This document shows, in pieces, positions 21,329-28,727 of a DNA stretch of 46,166 bases. The stretch spans positions 1-46,166 of the forward strand of contig CAZMEQ010000007.1 in NCBI GenBank assembly GCA_964565345.1. Reading direction: 5' to 3'. How positions within the stretch are numbered: position 1 is the stretch's first letter; each line of letters opens with the position of its first letter. Below the pieces are notes generated by a model. It searched no databases and had not been told where the DNA came from. It saw only the letters and a program-made list of their open reading frames with translations. The DNA is from an uncultured Gammaproteobacteria bacterium (lineage in GTDB: Bacteria; Patescibacteriota; Patescibacteriia; UBA11705; JABHMO01). The position numbers and the translations under genes are program-made.

Positions 21329-22468
21329 ATGACTAAACAAATAGATTGGAAGACAACCGAGATGGGTAAACTCTTGGAGTCAGACCAAACTTTAAGCACT
21401 TTCCCAAACGTAGGAGATATCGTTACCGGCAATGTTATCACTGCTTCTAAAAAAGAAGTTTTAATCGACATTAAAGGTGTTTTAACTGGTATTATCCGCG
21501 GCAAGGAACTTTACAATGAATCAGAGGAGTTTTCTAACTTAAAGCCAGGAGATGAAGTCGAAGCCACTGTCATGGATACTGAAAATGAACAAGGCTGGCT
21601 CGAACTTTCTTTCCGTTTTGCTGGGCATCAAAAAGCCTGGTCAACATTACAAGCTTATAAAGAAGAAAACAAAACTGTTTTGGCCAGAATTAACGATGCT
21701 AACAAGGGTGGCTTACTGGTTACCGTTGCTAACATCCATGGCTTTTTACCAGTTTCTCAACTCAGTCCAGAGTATTATCCTCGTGTCCAAGGCGGAGATA
21801 AAAACAAAATTTTGGAAAAATTAAAGACCTATGTGGGCCAAGACTTTAAAGTAAAAGTACTTGATGCTGACGAGGAGTCTGAAAAGTTAATTGTTTCCGA
21901 AAAAACCGCTTGGGAAGAAGAGCAAAAAGATGTTCTTAACAAGTATAAGGTAGGCGACGTAATTGAAGGTTCAATTACAGCTGTTACTGACTTTGGTGTT
22001 TTCGTAGAATTTGGCGAAAACCTAGAGGGTCTTATCCATATTTCTGAATTAGCTTGGCAAAGGATCGACGATCCACGCGAATTATTTGATGTAAATCAAA
22101 AAATTCAAGCTGAGATAATCAAAATCGATGGTTCCAAAATATTCTTATCAAGCAAAAAATTGAAAGAAGATCCCTGGAAAGATATCGAAAAGAAGTATAA
22201 GATTAATGACTACGTAGAGGGTACAGTCATTAAAACAACACCATTTGGTCTCTTTGTTGAACTAGACAAGGACATCCACGGTTTAGCACATATCTCTGAA
22301 TTATCGGAAAAAACAATTTCCAATATCGAAGATTTCTGCAAGCCAGGTGAAGTTTTAAAATTCCGTATCGTCTCAATCGAACCACAAGAACATCGTTTAG
22401 GTCTTAGCTTAAAACCTCTTGAAGAAAAGAAAGAAAAAGAAGAAAAGTCCGAAGAAAAAGCTGAATAA
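21329..22468 (+). CDS. rpsA: 30S ribosomal protein S1, short form
   Basis: Repeated S1 domains (GDVIEG.IT.VTDFGVFV..GLIHISEL; TPFGLFV..GLAHISEL). Confidence 0.9.
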   Translation: MTKQIDWKTTEMGKLLESDQTLSTFPNVGDIVTGNVITASKKEVLIDIKGVLTGIIRGKELYNESEEFSNLKPGDEVEATVMDTENEQGWLELSFRFAGHQKAWSTLQAYKEENKTVLARINDANKGGLLVTVANIHGFLPVSQLSPEYYPRVQGGDKNKILEKLKTYVGQDFKVKVLDADEESEKLIVSEKTAWEEEQKDVLNKYKVGDVIEGSITAVTDFGVFVEFGENLEGLIHISELAWQRIDDPRELFDVNQKIQAEIIKIDGSKIFLSSKKLKEDPWKDIEKKYKINDYVEGTVIKTTPFGLFVELDKDIHGLAHISELSEKTISNIEDFCKPGEVLKFRIVSIEPQEHRLGLSLKPLEEKKEKEEKSEEKAE

Positions 22469-22480
22469 GCGTTCTATATC

Positions 22481-22510
22481 AAAGATCCAGTCGCAAGACT
22501 GGATTTTTGT
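22481..22510 (+). terminator. Intrinsic terminator after rpsA
   Basis: ATCCAGTC-GCAA-GACTGGAT stem with GNRA loop, then a T-run. Confidence 0.8.
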
Positions 22511-22512
22511 TT

Positions 22513-22548
22513 AAAAAAATCGCCCCCACACCGGTGTAGTGTAGGGGC
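22513..22548 (-). terminator. Terminator of the high-GC cassette gene
   Basis: GCCCC/GGGGC closing stem followed by a T7 run on the minus strand. Confidence 0.5.
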
Positions 22549-22563
22549 TGGAACGCGTCGTAG

Positions 22564-22797
22564 CTAGAACTTGACCCAGACCTCGAGACGGGTCGCGCCT
22601 CTGATCTCCGCCTGCGACGGAATGCTCGTGGGGAAGGAGATGTCCTGCTCGGAGCCACGGACGTAGCCCTGCTCCTCGAAGTAGGTACGGGCCTTGTCCA
22701 GCGAGATGCAGTGGATCTCCATGGCCACGGCGGTGATGATGAGCCGAACGGTGTCCTCGGTACACACGAGGACTGCGACTTCCTTGGGCTTCGCCAT
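22564..22797 (-). CDS. High-GC hypothetical protein (77 aa)
   Basis: AGGAGG 8 nt before ATG 22797, strongly G/C-ending codons, own promoter and terminator. Confidence 0.75.
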   Translation of the reverse strand: MAKPKEVAVLVCTEDTVRLIITAVAMEIHCISLDKARTYFEEQGYVRGSEQDISFPTSIPSQAEIRGATRLEVWVKF

Positions 22798-22832
22798 GAT
22801 CAATTCCTCCTGGTTGATGGCTAGAACTTAAC

Positions 22833-22861
22833 AATCTAGCAATTTAATCTAAATTTGTCAA
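22833..22861 (-). promoter_or_regulatory. sigma70-type promoter of the high-GC cassette
   Basis: TTGACA (22861-22856), 17 nt, TGc TAGATT. Confidence 0.65.
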
Positions 22862-22872
22862 TATTTTAACCC

Positions 22873-22901
22873 TTGCAAAAAAGTTAATCTCGTGCTATAT
22901 T
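22873..22901 (+). promoter_or_regulatory. sigma70-type promoter upstream of rny
   Basis: TTGCAA, 17 nt, TGc TATATT, back-to-back with the cassette promoter. Confidence 0.6.
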
Positions 22902-22928
22902 TCAATTACGTAAGTTAATAAATAAACT

Positions 22929-23111
22929 GTTTCCTGTTGTGTCTGACTTTTTGCGGAATCTGAAAATTTTGACTAAACTTAGCGTATCTAAGTCATAGCG
23001 AAACGAATATCATCTTAATATTAGACCAATTTTCAACGATTCTTCATCTCGCCTAATCTGGCAGAGCTTTATTTGGTCTACTCCGTAAAAAACTAATCTC
23101 ACAGCAGGGAC
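22929..23111 (+). ncRNA. Candidate ~180-nt structured RNA or leader upstream of rny (6S-like size and position)
   Basis: Closing stems TTCCTGTTGTG/CACAGCAGGGA and TTTTTGCGGA/TCCGTAAAAA with G-U pairs valid on the + strand; inner stem TAGACCAAT/ATTTGGTCTA. Confidence 0.45.
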
Positions 23112-23121
23112 AATGTAGCAT

Positions 23122-24642
23122 ATGTTGTACTCTATTATTGTTGCTGTTATTGCAATTCTAGTAGGTGGTTTTGTAGGTTATTTAGTACGCAAAAAAGTAG
23201 CCCAGTCCGAAGCCAATTCTGTCGAAGCTAAAATGCAAAACACCATAGAAGAGGCAAAAACCAAAGAGCGAGAAATTCTTTTACAAGCCAAAGATAAAGC
23301 GCTTACAATCATTGACCAAGCCAAGAAAGAAGAAGAAGTCCGCCGTCAGGAATTAAAAGAACAGCAAAAAAGACTCGAAAAACGAGAAAGTTTGTTCGAT
23401 CAAAAACTTCTAGACCTGGAATCAAAACAAACTAAAATTTTGGAAAAGGCTAAACAGCTCGAAACTGTTAAACAAGAAATTAATGACATTAAAACCCAAC
23501 AACTAGAAAAACTCGAAAAAATTGCGCAAATGAATAAACAAGATGCGCAAGATGTTTTATTAAAAAATGTCCAAGTTGAGATGGAAGATTCTTTAATGAG
23601 TCGTATCCGAAAAATTGAAGAAGAAAATAGCACTCTAATCGATGAAAAAGCGCGTGTCAAATTGGTTCAAGCCATACAACGCTGCGCTGTATCACATGCG
23701 GTAGAAGCCACCACCACCATGGTTGACCTCCCTTCCGAAGAGATGAAGGGTCGTATTATTGGACGCGAAGGTCGTAACATTAAAACCTTAGAGCAATTAA
23801 TTGGCGTGGAAATTGTGGTTGACGACACTCCCCAAGTTATCACTATCTCTGGATTTAGCCCAATTCGCCGCCATGTTTGTAAACGAACTCTAGAAAAATT
23901 AATTCTAGATGGACGCATTCACCCAGCAAAAATTGAAGACGCTATTGAAGAATCTAAAAAAGAAATCGCCGTGGAAATCAAGAAAGCGGGAGAAGACGCT
24001 TGTTATGAATTAGGCATTGCTGGCCTTGATCCAAAACTCGTTCAAATTATTGGTCGTTTAAAATACCGCACCAGCTATGGTCAGAATGTTTTACAACACA
24101 GCATGGAAGTAGCACATCTTTCTGCCATGTTGGCTGAAGAGTTGGGGGCTAACGTGACCATCGCCAAAAAGGGCGGCTTTCTACATGACATTGGTAAAGC
24201 TGTGGACCACGAAATACAAGGCACTCACCCAGAAATCGGCCGCGATATTGCTAAAAAATTCAATTTGCCAGACGAAATTATTCAACCAATTTTAACGCAC
24301 CACGAAGATAATCCAACCACTTTAGAAGCTGTCATCGTTAAAATCGCAGATGCCATTTCTGGTGCACGTCCAGGGGCACGAAAAGACACTTATGAACGCT
24401 ACATCCAACGTTTAGAAGAATTAGAATCAATCGCCACTCGCGAAGAAGGTGTAGAAAAAGCTTATGCTATTCAAGCCGGCCGCGAAGTTCGTGTCTTTGT
24501 GACTCCAGATAAATTATCTGATTTACAGGCACACGAAAAAGCAAAATTAATTGCTAAAAATATTGAAAGCGAACTCAGATATCCTGGTGAAATTAAAGTT
24601 ACTGTGATTCGCGAAAATAGAATTGTTGAATACGCGAGATAA
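23122..24642 (+). CDS. rny: Ribonuclease Y
   Basis: N-terminal TM, coiled coil, KH motif GRIIGREG, HD motif LHDIGK, C-terminal [12 protein letters not shown]. Confidence 0.97.
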   Translation: MLYSIIVAVIAILVGGFVGYLVRKKVAQSEANSVEAKMQNTIEEAKTKEREILLQAKDKALTIIDQAKKEEEVRRQELKEQQKRLEKRESLFDQKLLDLESKQTKILEKAKQLETVKQEINDIKTQQLEKLEKIAQMNKQDAQDVLLKNVQVEMEDSLMSRIRKIEEENSTLIDEKARVKLVQAIQRCAVSHAVEATTTMVDLPSEEMKGRIIGREGRNIKTLEQLIGVEIVVDDTPQVITISGFSPIRRHVCKRTLEKLILDGRIHPAKIEDAIEESKKEIAVEIKKAGEDACYELGIAGLDPKLVQIIGRLKYRTSYGQNVLQHSMEVAHLSAMLAEELGANVTIAKKGGFLHDIGKAVDHEIQGTHPEIGRDIAKKFNLPDEIIQPILTHHEDNPTTLEAVIVKIADAISGARPGARKDTYERYIQRLEELESIATREEGVEKAYAIQAGREVRVFVTPDKLSDLQAHEKAKLIAKNIESELRYPGEIKVTVIRENRIVEYAR

Positions 24643-24647
24643 ACTTC
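24531..24647 (+). repeat. 117-bp perfect direct repeat, copy 1 (rny 3' end)
   Basis: Identical base-for-base to 25936-26052. Confidence 0.97.
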
Positions 24648-24651
24648 TGTT

Positions 24652-24685
24652 AAAAAAACTCAGAACGATCGTTCTGAGTTTTTTT
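24652..24685. terminator. Terminator after rny copy 1
   Basis: AAAAAAACTCAGAAC-GATC-GTTCTGAGTTTTTTT palindrome, usable in both directions. Confidence 0.8.
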
Positions 24686-24747
24686 GTATTTTTACAAGAT
24701 AATTATCAATGAAAAATGTTCCTACTTAATAAAAAAAATTGCGGAAT

Positions 24748-25809
24748 CTATGCTGCTAATTCTCTTTCATAATATGCCCTTGATTGCTTAGCACTTTCTA
24801 CACTACTATTTATGCATTCTCTCAGCGTCTTTTCTAGAGCATCAACATCTGCGCTAGCATCAACGAAATAAGGATGTTTTTTCTCGGCTGGCACAGTTGC
24901 ATTTAAATATCCAAAAGGTGTTTCAGTAATATTATCATCAACACGTTTTGCTTCTTGCCTCAATGTTGGGATTAATGCTAGTAAAGCTTCGACTGTTTTT
25001 CTGCCATCTACATCGGCGATACCAATAGCAGATAATTTTTTATAATCAACGTTACCCGTTTTATCAATTATTCCCGCGGCTCTAGGTTCAGCTCTTAGCG
25101 CTTCTGCCATTATGTTCGTAAACTCACCCTTAGCCTTTACTGCAGCCTGATACCCCTCGTTATTAGAAGCAGCTAAAGGATCTCGCACATCTTTTAACTT
25201 TTGCAGTAACTCCGTTCTTCGTTTTTGTAATTCCTCAGCTCTTGATTGATACTTTGCTTTCATTTCTGCAGACCCCATTTCTGCGACTATGTTTCCAGGT
25301 AACAAAGAAGCTCTCAATTTATCTAATACTTTACCCAAACCAGAAGCTGCTGGCTTTCCCTCCATTTCTCTCTTTAGCGCAATGGCTTCCGCCGGTGACT
25401 TTGGACCTGCCAAAGCAAGACCCTCCCAACGTGGGATACTAACTCCAGCCGCCTCGGAATTGTCTGCTGTAAATCTCGCGTTCAATTGATTTAATGCTAC
25501 ATTTAATTCATTCTCTGCGGCAGTGAGCATTCTTTCATTTTCCTGCTTTTTGGCTTCATGTTGCTCCGCACCTTTTGAGTGATCAATTACATCTCGTGCC
25601 GCATCAAACTTACTGTCTACTTCGTGGTTACGCAGTAATCGCTCCCCCTCATTAATGATTTCATCACAACGGAATTGTTCTGCCTTCATTTTCATCTCTC
25701 TTTCACTAGGTGGCTTAGACGTCTCCTTGCCAATCGGTTTTGTTTCGACAGTTACCACCTCCTCTTTTTTATCACTACCCGGTGGAGTCCCCTCAAGTTT
25801 CATTGTCAT
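24748..25809 (-). CDS. Hypothetical helical/coiled-coil protein (353 aa), cargo of the rny insert
   Basis: Long ORF, charged and Ala-rich, no signal peptide or recognisable motif. Confidence 0.8.
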   Translation of the reverse strand: MTMKLEGTPPGSDKKEEVVTVETKPIGKETSKPPSEREMKMKAEQFRCDEIINEGERLLRNHEVDSKFDAARDVIDHSKGAEQHEAKKQENERMLTAAENELNVALNQLNARFTADNSEAAGVSIPRWEGLALAGPKSPAEAIALKREMEGKPAASGLGKVLDKLRASLLPGNIVAEMGSAEMKAKYQSRAEELQKRRTELLQKLKDVRDPLAASNNEGYQAAVKAKGEFTNIMAEALRAEPRAAGIIDKTGNVDYKKLSAIGIADVDGRKTVEALLALIPTLRQEAKRVDDNITETPFGYLNATVPAEKKHPYFVDASADVDALEKTLRECINSSVESAKQSRAYYERELAA

Positions 25810-25935
25810 AAAACAAAATTAAGCAACTAATTATAATGTTTCACTCTTATATTCTATCCTATTTTTTCCGTATACACAATAAACTGGTCAAGTTAGACAC
25901 AATGATAAGCTTTTTAAATAGTCCCCCTCATAAGG

Positions 25936-26052
25936 ACACGAAAAAGCAAAATTAATTGCTAAAAATATTGAAAGCGAACTCAGATATCCTGGTGAAATTA
26001 AAGTTACTGTGATTCGCGAAAATAGAATTGTTGAATACGCGAGATAAACTTC
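25936..26052 (+). repeat. 117-bp perfect direct repeat, copy 2 (orphan rny 3' end)
   Basis: Re-encodes [36 protein letters not shown] with no upstream frame. Confidence 0.97.
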
Positions 26053-26057
26053 AATCG

Positions 26058-26096
26058 ACTGTCACCCTTCGGTAAACTCAGGGTGACAGTTTTTTT
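26058..26096 (+). terminator. Terminator after rny copy 2
   Basis: ACTGTCACCCT/AGGGTGACAGT 11-bp stem followed by a T-run. Confidence 0.8.
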
Positions 26097-26097
26097 A

Positions 26098-26136
26098 TAA
26101 AAAACAACGCCTCCGTCCCGATGTGGGGAGGAGGCG
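26098..26136 (-). terminator. Terminator of the high-GC cassette gene
   Basis: CGCCTCC.TCCC/GGGA.GGAGGCG stem then TTGTTTTTT on the minus strand. Confidence 0.6.
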
Positions 26137-26144
26137 GAAAGAGG

Positions 26145-26624
26145 CTAGGCCGGCGCGAGCATGAAGTTGCCTCTGTGGTAGGCCCCGTTTTTATAATCGC
26201 CTACGGCGATCACTATGGATTTCGGCAATGGGAGGATGGACACGAGGCGAAGTATGCCGGAAGGATCGCGCACGAAGCCGAGATTGTACTTGTCCAGAAA
26301 GACGGACTCGAACTCTGGACTGGAGTGTGCGGACTGTGCGAGAGCCAACATCTGACGCAGAGTCAGTGGCTTGTAGCTGGTGCTAAGGGATTTGAAATTC
26401 GTGTCAATACGCAGCGACACGGCCCTGACTTCGAAACCCGTTTCCGGACCGAAGTTCATGGCCCCGAAGACGTCCTCCATTTCGAGAGTACGCCCAGGCC
26501 CATCCTGGTGCCCGATGTGGAGCCCAAGCGGGACAGGCCGCGTGGGGGAAAAACTCGTCAAACTTACGGCTGGAGTGGGTGGGACCTGCAGTACTTTTTC
26601 GATGTACGGTGACCGCCGAGCCAT
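26145..26624 (-). CDS. High-GC hypothetical protein (159 aa)
   Basis: ATG with GGGG upstream; own promoter and terminator favour this frame over the two + strand ORFs. Confidence 0.7.
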   Translation of the reverse strand: MARRSPYIEKVLQVPPTPAVSLTSFSPTRPVPLGLHIGHQDGPGRTLEMEDVFGAMNFGPETGFEVRAVSLRIDTNFKSLSTSYKPLTLRQMLALAQSAHSSPEFESVFLDKYNLGFVRDPSGILRLVSILPLPKSIVIAVGDYKNGAYHRGNFMLAPA

Positions 26625-26666
26625 ACTAAACCCCGAGATGGTTTAACGTCCTGTGTCGGACTGACT

Positions 26667-26695
26667 ACGATACCAAATTTATCGTTAAATGTCAA
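26667..26695 (-). promoter_or_regulatory. sigma70-type promoter of the high-GC cassette
   Basis: TTGACA (26695-26690), 17 nt, TGg TATCGT. Confidence 0.6.
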
Positions 26696-26791
26696 TCCTA
26701 GCCAAATCTAACTATCTTATGTAATCAAGATAATATACATAAACTTTTGCCTTATTTTAGTCTTTTTGCTATACTTAGCTAATAAATCAAT

Positions 26792-27598
26792 ATGTCACAA
26801 ATCAAGGTATTATTTTTTGGTGATATCATGGGCAAAATTGGTAGGAATGCCCTAAAAAAAGCTTTACCAGAACTAAAAGAAAAGTATAAGCCCGATTTAG
26901 TAATTGCCAACGCCGAAAATCTAGCACATGGCAAGGGCGTGACTGAAAAGACTTTAGAAGAAATGATGGAAGCTGGCGTTGATTTTTTTACTTCCGGTAA
27001 TCATGTTTGGAGCAATGCCGAAGCCGAACAAATATTCCAGAAAAATAAATTACCAATTATCCGTCCAGCCAACTATCCACCAGGCCTACCAGGCGATGGC
27101 TATAAAATTATTGAAGTCGGTACCAAAAAAATTCTTATTGCCAACCTTATGGGAAGACACTTAATGCTTAAAGAAGATTTTGACTGCCCTTTTAGAGCCA
27201 TGGAAAATATTTTAGATCAACATAAAAACCAAAAAATAGTTGCTATATTAGTTGATTTTCATGCCGAAGCGAGTTCGGAAAAGACCTGCTTCCCCAGATA
27301 CTTTGACGGACGAATAAGTGCTGTTTGGGGAACGCATACACATGTTCAAACAGCAGATGAACAAATTCTGCCACTTGGCACAGCTATGATTTCTGATGTT
27401 GGAATGTGCGGTTTAAAACACTCTAGCCTAGGCATCGAACTCTCTGATGCCTACCGAAAATTTTTATACCAAGTGCCAGTAGAACATAACATCCCTGACC
27501 ATGGTATTTGCCAAATAAATGGAATTTTTGTTATAATTAAGCCAGAAAATGGAAGTGCCAAAAAAATTGAACGAATTAATTTTGCAGTCGAAGTTTAA
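26792..27598 (+). CDS. ymdB: YmdB/TIGR00282-type metallophosphoesterase
   Basis: GDIMG, NAEN, SGNH, DFHAE and GTHTH motifs; the usual partner downstream of rny. Confidence 0.9.
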   Translation: MSQIKVLFFGDIMGKIGRNALKKALPELKEKYKPDLVIANAENLAHGKGVTEKTLEEMMEAGVDFFTSGNHVWSNAEAEQIFQKNKLPIIRPANYPPGLPGDGYKIIEVGTKKILIANLMGRHLMLKEDFDCPFRAMENILDQHKNQKIVAILVDFHAEASSEKTCFPRYFDGRISAVWGTHTHVQTADEQILPLGTAMISDVGMCGLKHSSLGIELSDAYRKFLYQVPVEHNIPDHGICQINGIFVIIKPENGSAKKIERINFAVEV

Positions 27599-27629
27599 CT
27601 TTAAAATAATAATAACTAAATCGACACTT

Positions 27630-27926
27630 ATGAATAAAGCAGAATTAGCCAGCGTTATCGCGGACAAGTGTAATGTAACTAAAAAACAAGCCGAGGATAT
27701 GCTAGACTGCTTAACTGGTATTATTATCGATACCATAAAAGCTGGGGGCGAGGTTACTTTAACTGGATTCGGAACATTTTCTGCGCGTGTACGCAAAGGC
27801 AGAGAGGGCGTAAACCCACAAAAACCAGCCGAAAAAATTACAATTCCACCTACAAAGGTAGTAAAATTCAAGGCCGGCAAAACATTAAAAGACTCTTTAA
27901 AAGCTAGCCAAAACGCCAACATTTAA
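27630..27926 (+). CDS. hup: DNA-binding protein HU
   Basis: MNKAEL...LTGFGTF..R.R..R.G.NPQ...I.IP...V.KFKAGK.LK. True start is ATG 27630, not the track start. Confidence 0.95.
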   Translation: MNKAELASVIADKCNVTKKQAEDMLDCLTGIIIDTIKAGGEVTLTGFGTFSARVRKGREGVNPQKPAEKITIPPTKVVKFKAGKTLKDSLKASQNANI

Positions 27927-27936
27927 AATTATTTTA

Positions 27937-27972
27937 AAACGCGCCCACTTTTACGAGGGCGCGTTTGTTTTT
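27937..27972 (+). terminator. Terminator after hup
   Basis: AAACGCGCCC/GGGCGCGTTT stem followed by a T-rich tail. Confidence 0.75.
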
Positions 27973-28002
27973 CACTAGCTTTTAAGTTATAATAAAGAAA
28001 AT

Positions 28003-28506
28003 ATGGAAAATAAATTTGAACCAAACTGGCAAGAACATCTCGATGATTTAGAAAGCTTGTATCATCCTGATAATTTTTTCTTTAACCAAAAAATTCGCCC
28101 GAATCAACTGACGAACATACGAGAAAGCTTTGCCCCCCTCACCCTTATGGATGAGACTGAAATCCCAGAAGAAGGGCAACTCGCAGTTGACATATTTATG
28201 GATCAAGAAAATATTTATGTTCTGTCTCCCATTGCTGGGACCCAAATTGATAAGCTGGAAATCAGCTTAGACAAAGACATCTTAACCATAAGAGGTACAC
28301 GACAAGAAGATTTGAATCATCCCAACAAAGAATATATATATCGTGAATGTTATTGGGGACATTTTTCCAGAAGTATTGTTTTGCCCCTGCCCGTGCAAGC
28401 GGATAAAGTAACCGCTGAATTCAAAAGTGGTGTTTTAAAAGTAACTCTTCCCAAAGCACCAGAAGGAAGTAAAGTAAATATAAATGTAACAAGTATAGAC
28501 GAATAA
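28003..28506 (+). CDS. Hsp20/alpha-crystallin small heat-shock protein
   Basis: EGQLAVD, LTIRG.R, ECYWG.F.RSI.LP and A.FKSGVL.VTLPK motifs. Confidence 0.9.
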   Translation: MENKFEPNWQEHLDDLESLYHPDNFFFNQKIRPNQLTNIRESFAPLTLMDETEIPEEGQLAVDIFMDQENIYVLSPIAGTQIDKLEISLDKDILTIRGTRQEDLNHPNKEYIYRECYWGHFSRSIVLPLPVQADKVTAEFKSGVLKVTLPKAPEGSKVNINVTSIDE

Positions 28507-28508
28507 TT

Positions 28509-28727
28509 ATGTATACGTTAGAAGGTACAGTCGACCGTTTTGAGGAGGGCATAGCCATAATCAAACTTGAGACAGGCGCTAGTTTACTATGGCCAAAAGA
28601 AAAATTACCCCCGCAAACAAACGAAGGCATGCTTGTTAAAATATCAATTAATACCGACTTAGATAAAACACAGGGACATGAAGATTTAGCTAAAAATTTA
28701 TTAAATGAAATATTAAGAAATGAATAA
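28509..28727 (+). CDS. DUF3006-like small protein
   Basis: VDRFE..IA.I...P...LP....EG pattern, 72 aa. Confidence 0.65.
   Translation: MYTLEGTVDRFEEGIAIIKLETGASLLWPKEKLPPQTNEGMLVKISINTDLDKTQGHEDLAKNLLNEILRNE

Larger units (their letters stand above)
24531..26052. mobile_element. Putative minimal integrated element (1405-bp unit) in the rny 3' end, without integrase
   Basis: One ORFan plus a terminator bracketed by a duplicated gene 3' end, the usual attL/attR geometry. Confidence 0.6.

Noticed and set aside
22511-22834. 107-aa alternative-frame ORF
   Set aside because: The overlapping 77-aa frame has the AGGAGG RBS and GC3-biased codons; this frame runs through the terminator.
26121-26646. 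Two + strand ORFs (163 aa and 88 aa) in the high-GC patch
   Set aside because: Promoter and terminator both point to the minus-strand gene; long antisense ORFs are expected at high GC.
27549-27629. N-terminal extension of HU in the ORF track
   Set aside because: Overlaps the ymdB end; the HU fold begins at MNKAEL (27630).
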